DNA of 64,000 nucleotides from an uncultured delta proteobacterium. Its GTDB lineage: Bacteria; Myxococcota_A; Polyangia; Polyangiales; B10-G4. Location of the stretch: the NCBI GenBank assembly GCA_963727445.1, contig CAVSGI010000005.1, positions 164,377 to 228,376 of the forward strand, read 5' to 3'. Both the position numbers and the translations under genes were made by a program. Positions 9,191 to 20,694 of the stretch are shown here, in pieces (the stretch's first letter is position 1; the number at the start of each line of letters is the position of its first letter). The notes under the pieces are model-generated. The model was given only the letters and a program-made list of their open reading frames with translations. It did not search any database and had not been told where the DNA came from.

Positions 9191-10558
9191 ATGACGAAGG
9201 CGTGGGGGTGCGCGACGTTGGTCGCGCTGGTCTCGTGTGTCGTCCTGCTCGCTTGCGACGACGAGCCGGCGGCGCCGGTCGAGCCGGCGGAGAACACGGC
9301 CGCAGAGAGCGAGGGTTCGCCCTCAGTAGAAGAAGAGCGCAGCACCACCGAGGGGAATGCGGCCAGTGAGGCGGGCGACGGGGAAGGCGAGTCGACGACG
9401 GTAGAACCGCCCGCACCGCGCCCTCCGCCGCCTGCCATGACGAAAGCCGATGCGCGCGCCTACCGCCGGGAGATCGCGAGCGCGCGCGCGAAGACGCAAC
9501 AGGATCAGGCGGAGGGGCTCGGTGCGTTCATGGCGCTCATCGAAGCCCATCCCCAAGATCCGCGCCTCTACTGTGAAGCCGGGTTCGTCGCGCATCGCAT
9601 GGGAAATGGCGACGAGGCCCGTCGACTGATCGAGCAGGGCCGCCGGCTCTTCGGTAACTTCCCGCCGGAGCCGCTCAAGCCGTATGCGGCCATGTGCCAC
9701 TACAACCGAGGGCTGGTGCTCGAAGCGGCCGGGGAGATCGACGCCGCGCGCTCTGCCTACCGGACATCTCTCTACATGCGCCCGAACCGAACGGTCGAGC
9801 GTCACCTCACCGCGCTCCCCGCGCCCACCGACGAACCCGAGGTCGTCGGTGCGAGCTCACTCGAAGCCATGCCCGCCACGCTCGACGAGCTCTACGAGGT
9901 CGCCGACGAGGATGAGGTCTACGGCCCAAACGGCTACGACTACGAGGCGGTCACCCGCGTGGAGCTCGAGGTCATGGCTCACCGGCCCGCATCCGATGGC
10001 GTGCCCGAGCTCGCGCTCGTCCACATCGGGGTCGCCACCGTCATGGCGATCGACCAGAGGGTGAACATCGCCGTCAGGCGCGAGGACGGCTACGAGTTAC
10101 ATCCCATCTTCTACGACACCGACGACATGACCGACCACGGCAACACCGACATGGTCGGGATCGGTGGCGGCACTCTCGAGGTCATCGACACCACCGCCGG
10201 GCCGATCGTCCGTGCCACGATGCACAGCAGCCACATCTCCGGCGCAAACGGCTGCGACGACGAGTGCTGCTATTCGTGGAGCGCCACTACCGACAACGAT
10301 ATCGTGGCCTTCTGCACCCTCGGCCCGACGCTCTGTCGTTCCATGGACGTCTCCTCCGAGGTCAGCGGCGACGCGTCGTCGGATTGTGACGACGAGGAAG
10401 AAGAGGACGGTGAGGGTCGCTCGCCGTGGCGCCGCGAGCTGACCTTCGATCCCGACGGCACGACTCACCTGCGAGTCGTGAGCGGTGAGCCCGATCAGCA
10501 ACCCATGGCCGGCGATCGGTCGATCGCCGAGCTCCTCGCAGCCACGCCGCGACGTTGA
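9191..10558 (+). CDS. TPR-containing lipoprotein
   Basis: LLAC lipobox, acidic/Pro linker, TPR-like YNRGLVLEAAGEIDAARSAYRTSL, Cys-rich C-terminus. Confidence 0.8.
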   Translation: MTKAWGCATLVALVSCVVLLACDDEPAAPVEPAENTAAESEGSPSVEEERSTTEGNAASEAGDGEGESTTVEPPAPRPPPPAMTKADARAYRREIASARAKTQQDQAEGLGAFMALIEAHPQDPRLYCEAGFVAHRMGNGDEARRLIEQGRRLFGNFPPEPLKPYAAMCHYNRGLVLEAAGEIDAARSAYRTSLYMRPNRTVERHLTALPAPTDEPEVVGASSLEAMPATLDELYEVADEDEVYGPNGYDYEAVTRVELEVMAHRPASDGVPELALVHIGVATVMAIDQRVNIAVRREDGYELHPIFYDTDDMTDHGNTDMVGIGGGTLEVIDTTAGPIVRATMHSSHISGANGCDDECCYSWSATTDNDIVAFCTLGPTLCRSMDVSSEVSGDASSDCDDEEEEDGEGRSPWRRELTFDPDGTTHLRVVSGEPDQQPMAGDRSIAELLAATPRR

Positions 10559-10594
10559 AATCACCGATCCTTGCCGCACTTGGTGAGCGCCGTT

Positions 10595-10620
10595 GCCCTC
10601 CCTGTTCAAGGAGGGCTTTT
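10595..10620 (+). terminator. probable intrinsic terminator
   Basis: GCCCTCC-8nt loop-GGAGGGC followed by TTTT. Confidence 0.6.
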
Positions 10621-10660
10621 CCAATGCTTACCTACCGCGCGCGTGCTCTCAGGGATGCGG

Positions 10661-10749
10661 AGATCCGAACCAGGTTGACTGTGGGAACACGGACGTCCGC
10701 GTCAATCTCGCGAGGACAAGCGACGGTTTGGCCAACCTGGTTCGGATCT
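10661..10749. repeat. perfect 17-bp inverted repeat with 55-bp spacer
   Basis: AGATCCGAACCAGGTTG (10661-10677) / CAACCTGGTTCGGATCT (10733-10749). Confidence 0.85.
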
Positions 10750-10919
10750 TCCGGGCGCGTCGCCCGAATCGCAATCCGAGCACCCGACGACGAAGAGCAA
10801 TGCGGCGAGCACCTGTCTCACGATGGTGGGAGCATACTCCCCGAGAACCTCAGCCGTTGGGGAAAGCGGTCCTGGAGCCGAGCACTCGCTCAGGGACCTG
10901 TCTCTGCGGTATCGTCGTA

Positions 10920-12530
10920 GTGGACGTGCTTGTGCATCGGCTCTCACGGCGGATTGTGCCGGCCGTGCTCGCGCTCGCGAGCTCAGGGGCGTGCGCGACG
11001 CGAACAGATCTGCTCGTGTGTGGCGAGTCGGCGCACGGGCATGTGGAACCGCCCCGAGCGGTAGCGCCGCTCTCGACGTCATTCGTCAGCTCGCACCGAC
11101 CACGCCTGTCGTGGGTGCTCGCTGGCGGGATCGGTGCACACGTGCAGCTGTGTGAAGACCCCGGATGCGCTCACCTGGTGACGGAGTTCGACGCCGATGG
11201 CGAGATGGGGACGCCCCCCGTGGCGCTCTCCCCGGGGATCTATTTCTGGCGGCTCTTTGCTCGCACCGGTCGTGGCACGGGCTGCGTTGCCAGTCAGCCA
11301 TGGGAGCTGATCGTGACGGCCCGCGACGCTCCATCGAGCACCTCGCGGGGCGCATTGTTCGACCCGAACCGTGATGGCATTCCCGACCTCGCCTCCAGTG
11401 GGAGCGACAGCATCGCTGCGGGACGCGCAATCGTCTACCTCGGCACCGGGGCCGGATTCGAACCCGAACCCACGGTGCTCGAAGGACGAGGAGAGACCTT
11501 TGTCTGGCAGATAAGAAATGTCGGTGACATCAATGGTGACGGGTTCTCGGATCTCGCTGCGGCCTACGGGACGGGGGGCGTCGATGTATATGTGGGCTCG
11601 CCGGACGGCATCTCAGTCGAGCCGTTCCAGCGCTTCAACCAGCCGCCGGACTCGCCCGACCCGACAGATTTTGGTTATTCGATATCTGGAGTCGGCGATG
11701 TGGACGCAGACGGCTACGCCGATGTCGCGGTGAGCGACTCGGCGGGCAACGTCTATCTTTGCCGAGGCAGCGCGAGCGGGCTCAGCGTCCCGAACGCCCC
11801 GACGCTTCCTGCTCGGGGAGACGCTCCGCCCTGGCCCGAAGTAAGCAGCGCCGGCGACGTGAACGGCGATGGGTTCGCGGACCTCCTCGTCGGCCACCCG
11901 CAGGGCGCCACGGGGCCGCTCGCTTTCCTCTACCTCGGGTCGAGCGATGGCGTCGGCCCGACTCCAGCGGCCATGTTGGGCACCGCTGGTGTCGTCGATC
12001 CGTTGTTCAGCGGCCACGTGGGAGAGATCGGCGACGTCAACGGAGACGGGTATTCGGACATCGCCGTAACGTATCTTCTCGACGGAGACGGAGACTTGGA
12101 GGACGGGGCCGTCTTCTATTTGGGAGGGCCGGACGGTGTGGCCGTGGAGCCCGATATCGAGCTGCGGTCGCTCACGGGGCTGTCTGCTGTTCCGCGCTGC
12201 GCCGGTGACCTGGATGGGGACGGCTTCGATGAAGCCGTGCTGCGGGACGAGGGCGAAGGCGTGTTCACCATGGCCATCGTTTGGGGAGGCGCGACACGGT
12301 TTGGATCGAGCGTCGTTCACGCGACGTGGCCTGGACTCTTTGCGAGTGCGGGCTCCAGCATGGGCGATGTCGACGGCGACGCGGTCCCGGACTACGCGAT
12401 GTTGGAAAAGGGCACCAACACGCTGCGCGTGTATGCCGGAACCGGTGCCGGCTTCGATGCCGCGCCGCTACTGACGCTGCCGGGGCCGGGCATGGGATAC
12501 CCCCACACGGTGGTCGGCTCGGGGTACTGA
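10920..12530 (+). CDS. FG-GAP/integrin-alpha repeat secreted protein (start approximate)
   Basis: About seven GD(I/V/L)(N/D)GDG(F/Y)xD repeats. Confidence 0.85.
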   Translation: MDVLVHRLSRRIVPAVLALASSGACATRTDLLVCGESAHGHVEPPRAVAPLSTSFVSSHRPRLSWVLAGGIGAHVQLCEDPGCAHLVTEFDADGEMGTPPVALSPGIYFWRLFARTGRGTGCVASQPWELIVTARDAPSSTSRGALFDPNRDGIPDLASSGSDSIAAGRAIVYLGTGAGFEPEPTVLEGRGETFVWQIRNVGDINGDGFSDLAAAYGTGGVDVYVGSPDGISVEPFQRFNQPPDSPDPTDFGYSISGVGDVDADGYADVAVSDSAGNVYLCRGSASGLSVPNAPTLPARGDAPPWPEVSSAGDVNGDGFADLLVGHPQGATGPLAFLYLGSSDGVGPTPAAMLGTAGVVDPLFSGHVGEIGDVNGDGYSDIAVTYLLDGDGDLEDGAVFYLGGPDGVAVEPDIELRSLTGLSAVPRCAGDLDGDGFDEAVLRDEGEGVFTMAIVWGGATRFGSSVVHATWPGLFASAGSSMGDVDGDAVPDYAMLEKGTNTLRVYAGTGAGFDAAPLLTLPGPGMGYPHTVVGSGY

Positions 12531-12614
12531 TCGAGCTGACCCTTCCGGAGCGGGTCGCGACGGGCAGCGCGTCGATCTCCCTCGAGCTGGTTACGATCTC
12601 GGGTGCCAGGTAGC

Positions 12615-13010
12615 ATGATCGACATGCTCCGATTCCTTCTGGTCCTCTTCATCGCCGCGTTCGCCTTCGGCTGCGGCGACGATGACGCTCCCCCGCCGAC
12701 CACTCAATACTGCGATTGTTGCGGCACCTCGGTCGAATGGCCCGGCGATACCAGCTGCTTGGCGGGTGCCTGCGATCCCTATTGCCTCTACACGAGCGAC
12801 ACCGGCGTCGACGCGACGCCCGATGGCTCGATGGACGCGGCGCCCGACGGATCGACCGACGCGATGACCGACGGCCAGACGGACGCGACGACCGATGGAG
12901 CGACGGACGCGACGACCGATGGAGCGACGGACGCGACGACCGATGGAGCGACGGACGCGACGACCGATGGAGCGACGGACGCGACGACCGATGGAGCGAC
13001 GGACGCCTGA
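12615..13010 (+). CDS. small Cys-rich lipoprotein with DATTDGAT repeat tail
   Basis: AFGC lipobox; CDCC..C...C...C domain. Confidence 0.75.
   Translation: MIDMLRFLLVLFIAAFAFGCGDDDAPPPTTQYCDCCGTSVEWPGDTSCLAGACDPYCLYTSDTGVDATPDGSMDAAPDGSTDAMTDGQTDATTDGATDATTDGATDATTDGATDATTDGATDATTDGATDA
12878..13007 (+). repeat. 24-bp coding tandem repeat, five full copies plus a partial
   Basis: GACGGACGCGACGACCGATGGAGC at 12878, 12902, 12926, 12950 and 12974. Confidence 0.95.
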
Positions 13011-13135
13011 CGCCCTCACAGGCGACATCTTCATCCCGCGGCAGCATGGTGCGGATAGTCCGCACAAACGGCCTCGTGCCTTGCAGTCGGCGTGGCGAGT
13101 TGACCGATCACACGTAATCACACGTACTGCGAAAC

Positions 13136-13183
13136 TCGGGCGTCCGGGGAGGCGGTTGGCTTCCGTGGAGGCTGGAAACCGGA
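13136..13183 (+). repeat. 48-bp hairpin motif, copy 3
   Basis: TCGGGCGTCCGGGGAGGCGGTTGGCTTCCGTGGAGGCTGGAAACCGGA; outer stem CGTCCGG/CCGGACG. Confidence 0.9.
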
Positions 13184-13272
13184 CGGCGCATGAAAGGCGT
13201 GAAGGCTCGATCTTCGCGTGAGCTGCGAGCGACGGACGGAGTGCGACGTCGACAGGCTCGGGGGAACCCGCC

Positions 13273-13880
13273 TCAGGCGACGTCGAAGAAGAGGTCGTCG
13301 TCGCCGGGTGGCGCGCGCGCCGGGGCGGGGACGACTGGATCTGCCGGCAGGTCGAGGCTGTCGAGGATGCGACGGATGGTGGCCGGTCTCAGGATCGAGG
13401 CGACGAAGCGCATGCGGGCGTGGCACTTCGGGCATTCGAGCGCGTCGATGTCGAGGCCCGTCGCATGAGCTCGGCCCAGCTCGGGTTGTGACGCTTGCGT
13501 TTGGACGTGCTGTGCTTCGGGCCCTTGCCCGGCTCGGAAGGACGCCCGTACGCAACGACCCGCTTGCGCAGCTTCGCGTTGGCCGCGAAGACGCCGTGGT
13601 AGAGCAGGAGAGCGGGCGATTCTTGCCGCGCACGGCCGTGTTGGCGTGCAGGTCGAATCCGTCCTGGCGGGCGCGGCGGCGGATTAACAGGCGCCTCAGA
13701 CGCGCGACGAGGGTGGTGAGCAGGGCCGCGACTTCCTGGTCGGTCGGCGGGGGCAGACGGTGAAAGCGGACCGATCCATCCGGCGCCTCGAGGAACACCC
13801 CATCCGGGACCAGCGTGTGGAAGTGCGGATTGAGATTGAGCGCGCCGCCGAAACGCTGGATGACCGTGACGCTGAGCGAA
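13273..13880 (-). mobile_element. degraded IS91-family (HUH/Y2) transposase
   Basis: VIQRFGGALNLNPHFHTLVPDGVF, GFDLHANTAV and C-terminal DALECPKCHARMRFVASI...IRRILDSLDLPADPVVPAPARAPP; internal deletions. Confidence 0.85.
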
Positions 13881-14007
13881 TCGGGTGACGACGTCATCCG
13901 GGCTTCCTTCACCTATCCGATGACCGGCCGAAGCTCCCGAATGATTTGGATCGTAGTCCGGCCACGATCCCGACTCCGAATCCGAACTCCGAACTCCGAA
14001 TCCGTCA

Positions 14008-15080
14008 CTAGTGAGAGCGCGACACGGCCGCCGGCGACGAGCTGGACGCGAGTGCTGTTGGGTGGGGCGCGTCCCGCTCGGTCCAGAAGCGCGACAGCTC
14101 CGGCCAGAGGCGCTTCTTCGCGCCTCGGCTCACGACGGCGCCGACGTGTCCGCCGGGCAGGTGCAGGTGGCGCTTGTCCTCGCTCCGGACCTTGTCGAGG
14201 ATCGCGGCGGCGCCTTCCCAGGGGACGATGTAGTCGTCGGCGAAGGTGACGGCGAGGAGTGGGCAGCGGACGTCTTCGAGATGCACGGCGCGGCCGGCGA
14301 TGGAGAGCGTGCCGTGCCACAGCTGGTCGTCGCGGTAGAGGTCCTCGATGTAGCGCTTGTAGAAGGCGCCGGGGAGGCCGACGTTGTCGTTGCCCCAGGT
14401 CTCGAGGGCGAGGAAGCCGTCGAGGGATTCGTCGGTCCAGGCGCGGTCGAGGACGTGCACCGCCTTCGACAGGCTGAGCGTGGGACGCAGGAGGTGAAAG
14501 GAGCCCTGGAGGATCTGCCAGGGGACGATGCCGGTCGCGCTCACCAGCGTGCGGACGTCGAAGCGCTTCGAGCGCGTCCAATTGGTGAGCACCGAGTCGT
14601 CGGCGAAGCGGATGGGCGCCGCGAGCTGAACCAGCGACGCGACGTGCTCGGGGTGCTTGGCGGCGTAGATGGCGGTGAAGATGCCACCCATGCAGTAGCC
14701 GAGGAGATGTGCGGTTTCGGTCCCAGACTCGCGCGTCGCCTTTCGGATGGCGCGGCCGAGATAGCGCTCGGCGAAGTCGTCGAGCTCGAGGTAGCGATCC
14801 TCGGGGCCGGGCGTGCCCCAGTCGATGCAGTAGACGTCGTGGCCCTGCTCGACGAGCCACTCGGCGAAGCTCTTGCCCGGCATCAGATCCAGCACGTAGT
14901 GCCGGTTGATCAGCGACGGCACCATCACGATCGGCGTTTGATGCACGCGCCCCGCCTCGGGCGAGGGGCGGTAGCGGAGCAGCCGCCATTTGTTCTCGCG
15001 GTGGACGACGTCCGCCGGGGTCATCCCGACCTCAGGCATCGGTCGCTTCAGGCGCGACAGGAAAGGGATCAGACCACGCA

Positions 15081-15081
<1 letters not shown>
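14008..15081 (-). CDS. phaC: PHA synthase, class III-type PhaC (copy 1)
   Basis: VPSLINRHYVLDL, IDWG, lipase box GYCMGG (catalytic Cys), DDYIVP and GGHVG; ATG 15081 overlaps the ligase stop. Confidence 0.85.
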
Positions 15082-16789
<1,708 letters not shown>

Positions 16790-16803
16790 GATGGCTGTCC
16801 GGT

Positions 16804-17097
16804 TCAGCCCTGCGCGCGGCGCTCGGCGTCTTCGAGGCGCTCTTCCAGATCGAGGATGCGGCTCTGGAGCTGGTTGAGGGCGTGCATCGAGCGCTCCTGG
16901 TCGCGGCGCGTGGGCAGGCCCCAGAGGCTCCACCAGCGCGCGGTCGCGTCGTCGGAGGCCTTCTTGGCCTTCATCGCGGCGCTCAGCATCGCGCCCGACG
17001 GCTCGAGGACGACCGGGCTCTTCATCCAGTGCTCGAGGTAGTTCGCCGTCGTCTTCTCCCAGGCGTCGAAGCCCTTCTTCCACGTGTCCCAGATCAT
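16804..17097 (-). CDS. short PhaE/PhaR(class IV)-like synthase partner subunit
   Basis: [11 protein letters not shown]...[12 protein letters not shown] coiled-coil motif like PhaE C-termini. Confidence 0.65.
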   Translation of the reverse strand: MIWDTWKKGFDAWEKTTANYLEHWMKSPVVLEPSGAMLSAAMKAKKASDDATARWWSLWGLPTRRDQERSMHALNQLQSRILDLEERLEDAERRAQG

Positions 17098-17106
17098 GAT
17101 TTTCTC

Positions 17107-17949
17107 CTAGAGCGCCAGGCGCCGGGTCTCCGCCGCCGTGCTGAAGTCCTCATCCGTTTCGCCGGCGAGACTCGTCGCCCGCGCCACCTCTCCGAAGCAT
17201 TCGAAGAGGAAAGAAACCGTTCGCTGACTGGTGGCCATCCCCGCGGCGGGCTCCACCGTCACCTTCGTCCGCACGCGATGCGCCTGCTCGAACATCAGGT
17301 CGGGCAGGGCGACCACGCCCACCGCGTCCGCGTGAACCTCGTAGGTGTCGCGACCCGCGTAGGGCAGGCCGCGGAGGGTGCCGCCCACGACTTCGCCCAC
17401 CGCCACGTGCTCCATGCCGGGCTCGATGGGGAAGCGATAGTAGGGCACGGGCTCCTGGTAGACGAGGAGCGTCTGCCCCTCGGGCGGGTTCTCTTCGCGC
17501 GAGGCGATGCCGAGAATCCAAAGCGCGGTGTCGTCGCGGAGGTAGATGGTCTCGACGCGCCCGCCCGCGTCGACGGGCGTGGCGAACTGACCGGTGGGGA
17601 AGGAGTCGGCGTACCAGCGGTCCGCGATGTCGACGGCGGTGATCTCGGCGAGCTGGTCGGTGCCGTCGTCGGCGGAGTAGTCCCAGAAGAGCTTGCCGTC
17701 GCTGTCGACGCGGCCGCCCACGTCGATGGGGACTTCGGTGCCCGCCGGGTTGACCAGGAAATTGACCGGCGTGCCGAGGACCACCGGCAGCTCGCTTCCG
17801 TCGATGCGGCCGTCGAGGTTCGGCACGCACTCGAGGGGCGCCGGCTCGCCAGGCACGTAGTGATCGCGATCGACGAAGGTCTGGTTCTCCCCACAGGCAC
17901 TGAGCGTGAAGGCGAGCGCGACGACGACGTATGTGGCGTTCTTCTTCAT
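17107..17949 (-). CDS. lipoprotein of unknown function (paralog of 20695-21657)
   Basis: MKKNATY...LSAC lipobox; ends FLFECFGEVARATS...AAETRRLAL. Confidence 0.8.
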   Translation of the reverse strand: MKKNATYVVVALAFTLSACGENQTFVDRDHYVPGEPAPLECVPNLDGRIDGSELPVVLGTPVNFLVNPAGTEVPIDVGGRVDSDGKLFWDYSADDGTDQLAEITAVDIADRWYADSFPTGQFATPVDAGGRVETIYLRDDTALWILGIASREENPPEGQTLLVYQEPVPYYRFPIEPGMEHVAVGEVVGGTLRGLPYAGRDTYEVHADAVGVVALPDLMFEQAHRVRTKVTVEPAAGMATSQRTVSFLFECFGEVARATSLAGETDEDFSTAAETRRLAL

Positions 17950-19526
17950 CAGTAGGCGAGCCCCAGTCGAAGGCGGATGAGCTGCGCGGGTTTGGCGGAG
18001 AGGCCGAGCGTCGGGTTGCTCAGCCCGCTCATGGGGAAGAGCGCCGCGTACTCGATGAGCGCGTGAAAACCGTCCTCGTGCAGATAGGCCAAGCTCGGAT
18101 CCACTTCCACGCCGAGGGGCCTCTCGCCACCCGGCGTCGAGGTGGGCTGCATCGCGAAGGAGGCGATGGCCGCCACGGCCAGGTCGAGCTCGCCGTGGGA
18201 ATGCCGCCAGAGGCGATAGCTCGCGTGGGGCCGGAAATAAAAGGCGTCGGTGACGGTGCCGATGATCTCGCGGAAGAGGATCTTGTCGATGCGGTAGCTC
18301 GGGCTGAAGCGGAAGTTGTCGACGCGGTTGTCGCCGCGGGCCGGGTTGGCCTGGGGGCCGTCGAGGTCGCCGGGCTGCGGCGCGGGAGAGTTCGGGTTCT
18401 GGATGGCGCCGAAGCCGGGGGCCGGGTCGCCGCTGGCGAGGCCGCCGTCGAAGCCGAAGTGGAGATCCTCGTTCGCGAAGTAGAAGTCGCTCTCGAGGGC
18501 GCCGCCGTATTGGAACGAGTCGACAGGGTTGCGAAGGAGCGCGCCGGGGATGAGCGTGGCCTGATCGATGTGCGCGCCGAGGACGGCCGCCTCCGCTTCG
18601 ATGCGGCCCGAGGGCAGGGTGAGGCGGCCCCAGAGGCTGCCAGCGTAACCGCGGAAGCCGCGGTAGACCGACTGTGAGGGGGTGAGCGGCACCGCGTCGG
18701 CGGTGGCGACGTAGCCGACCGGCACGTCGCGATCCTGCCAGCGGTACGCGAAGTATGCGCCCCACTCGCCGGTGATGCGGCCGGCGCGGGAGCGGCGGTT
18801 GCGGCTCAGATCCGTCTTCCAGTCGAGCACCGCGACGGTGACGCTGCGGACGTTGTCGCTCGGGTCGAGGTCGATGTAGCGGTTCGGTGCGCGCCGGGGG
18901 ACGAAGGGGCCGGAAGAGGTGAAGTCGTAGGCGGCGGCCCAGGTGAGGCCGCCGATGGGGGTGATGAAGGCGATGCGGTCGGCGCTGTCGCCGGCGTCGC
19001 AGTCGCGGCAGTCGCCGCCGTTGGCGAGGACGCCCAGGCCGAACTGGTTGCCCATGCGACCGAAGGCGAGCAGGCCCACCGGCGTGAGCACCTCACCGTA
19101 GGCGCGCTCGACCTTGATGGGCGCGTCGGGGGAGCGCTGGTCGAGGCTCGCGGATGGGGTGCCCCGGGGCATGGAGCCGAGCGTGAGGTTGTCGAGGGTG
19201 TCGAGGCGGACCTTGACCGCGGCGAAGCCGCCCGGTGCGTAGACCGCGATGTCGCTTCGCAGGCGGAAGTCGGCGTGGGTCAGGAACTGGCTGCTCGGAT
19301 CCGAGAGCGGCACCGGGAAGAGCGGATCGCCCGAGGGCGTGGGGCCGCAATCGAGGTCCCAGTTGTAGATGAGCGAGCCGCGCGTACGGAGCAGGCCGTG
19401 GAGCTCGGCCGACCAATCGACGTGGCGCCGGATGTCGTCGCCGACGTCGGTGAAGCCGGTGGCGGCCGCGGGCAGGGGGAGGGCGAGGATCGCGAAGAGC
19501 GCGGCGATGGAGAGATGGCGGGTCAT
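17949..19526 (-). CDS. TIGR04551-family myxobacterial outer-membrane beta-barrel
   Basis: Signal peptide; RAYGEVLTPVGLLAFGRM, GLGVLANGGDCRDCD..DSADR, NFRFSPSYRIDKILFREIIGTVTDA; terminal aromatic beta-strand. Confidence 0.8.
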   Translation of the reverse strand: MTRHLSIAALFAILALPLPAAATGFTDVGDDIRRHVDWSAELHGLLRTRGSLIYNWDLDCGPTPSGDPLFPVPLSDPSSQFLTHADFRLRSDIAVYAPGGFAAVKVRLDTLDNLTLGSMPRGTPSASLDQRSPDAPIKVERAYGEVLTPVGLLAFGRMGNQFGLGVLANGGDCRDCDAGDSADRIAFITPIGGLTWAAAYDFTSSGPFVPRRAPNRYIDLDPSDNVRSVTVAVLDWKTDLSRNRRSRAGRITGEWGAYFAYRWQDRDVPVGYVATADAVPLTPSQSVYRGFRGYAGSLWGRLTLPSGRIEAEAAVLGAHIDQATLIPGALLRNPVDSFQYGGALESDFYFANEDLHFGFDGGLASGDPAPGFGAIQNPNSPAPQPGDLDGPQANPARGDNRVDNFRFSPSYRIDKILFREIIGTVTDAFYFRPHASYRLWRHSHGELDLAVAAIASFAMQPTSTPGGERPLGVEVDPSLAYLHEDGFHALIEYAALFPMSGLSNPTLGLSAKPAQLIRLRLGLAY

Positions 19527-20689
19527 GGGATGACCCCCGTCTCTTGGTCGCGGTTCGTATCGGGCGAGTCGAGGGCTTGGTTGCGGGGGGCTCGCGCGGC
19601 TTCGCCGCTACGCCCCCCGTCGCGAGTCCCCGCGCTGTCGCGCGCGGCCTCGCTCTCCTCAGAGGCTTCGCTTGGCGAAGCCTCTTCGTTGTTCTGGGGG
19701 GCTCCTCGCCCCCCTCCGGCCCCCTCGGCCCCTTGCGGCTGCTCCGCAGCCGGGTCGGTGCCTTCGGCCCCTCCGGCTTCTTCCACAGCGACGACCTCCT
19801 CGACGCGCGGGCGCAGGAACGCCACGAGGGCGTCGGTCGAGGGGTTGGCCGCTTCGATCATCGGGAAGTGGCCGCACTCCGGATACGTGCGGAGCTCGGC
19901 GTGCGGCAGCTGCTCGTAGAGGCGGTGGGCGTAATGCAGCGGCGTGACGATGTCCTCTTCGCCCCAGAGCAGGAGCACCGGCTGGACGATCTCGCCGTAG
20001 CGCGCCTCGGGCTCCTCGTAGCGCATGGCGCGAACGGCGGCGAGGGCGGCGGCTTTGGTGCCGGGGCGCTCGAGCTGCGCGATGGCGTGGTCGACGAAGT
20101 CCTGCTCGATGATCGTCGGGTCGTAGAAGGCGAGGGCCATGCGGTCCTCGGGGCGCTGGTCGTAGTAGAGCGCGAAGAGCGCCTCGCCGACGCCGCCGGC
20201 GCGCGACATGTAGAAGAAGGTCGGCAGCTGCGCGTCGTAGACCCACGCGTCGTAGAGCGCGATGCGCTCGACGCGCTCCGGCGCCTCGAGGGCGAGCGCC
20301 AGCGCGACCGAGGCGCCGTAGGAGTGGCCGACGATCGCCGCGCGCTCGATGCCGCGGGCGTCCATCAGCGCGAGGACGATGCGCGCCTGCTCGGCGGGGG
20401 AGTAGTCACCCTCCGGGCGGTCCGACCAGCCGAAGCCCTTGAGGTCGAGGGCGAGCACGTGGTGATCGCCTTCGAGCTCCGGGATGATCTTCGCCCAGGT
20501 GTGCAGCCCCGAAGCGAAGCCGTGGATCATCACCACCGCCGGCCCCTCGCCCTTTTCGACGTAGCGGATCCGCGCCCCGCGCACCTCGGCGTAGGTCGCC
20601 TCCGGCTCGTTGGGGAGCGCGCCTGCGTGATACGAGAGGCAACCCGTGAGGCAAACGGCGAGAGACAGCGAGGCGAGGAAGTGCTTCAT
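19523..20689 (-). CDS. lipoprotein alpha/beta hydrolase (esterase/depolymerase-like)
   Basis: LTGC lipobox, HGF oxyanion motif, GHSYG nucleophile, GEEDIV, CGHFP. Confidence 0.85.
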   Translation of the reverse strand: MKHFLASLSLAVCLTGCLSYHAGALPNEPEATYAEVRGARIRYVEKGEGPAVVMIHGFASGLHTWAKIIPELEGDHHVLALDLKGFGWSDRPEGDYSPAEQARIVLALMDARGIERAAIVGHSYGASVALALALEAPERVERIALYDAWVYDAQLPTFFYMSRAGGVGEALFALYYDQRPEDRMALAFYDPTIIEQDFVDHAIAQLERPGTKAAALAAVRAMRYEEPEARYGEIVQPVLLLWGEEDIVTPLHYAHRLYEQLPHAELRTYPECGHFPMIEAANPSTDALVAFLRPRVEEVVAVEEAGGAEGTDPAAEQPQGAEGAGGGRGAPQNNEEASPSEASEESEAARDSAGTRDGGRSGEAARAPRNQALDSPDTNRDQETGVIP

Positions 20690-20694
20690 GGTCC

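Noticed and set aside
4824..13183. Integron with attC cassettes
   Set aside because: The integrase is only a 45-aa N-terminal stub. Neither the 48-bp motif nor the 89-bp inverted repeat shows RYYYAAC/GTTRRRY with unpaired spacers and extrahelical bases
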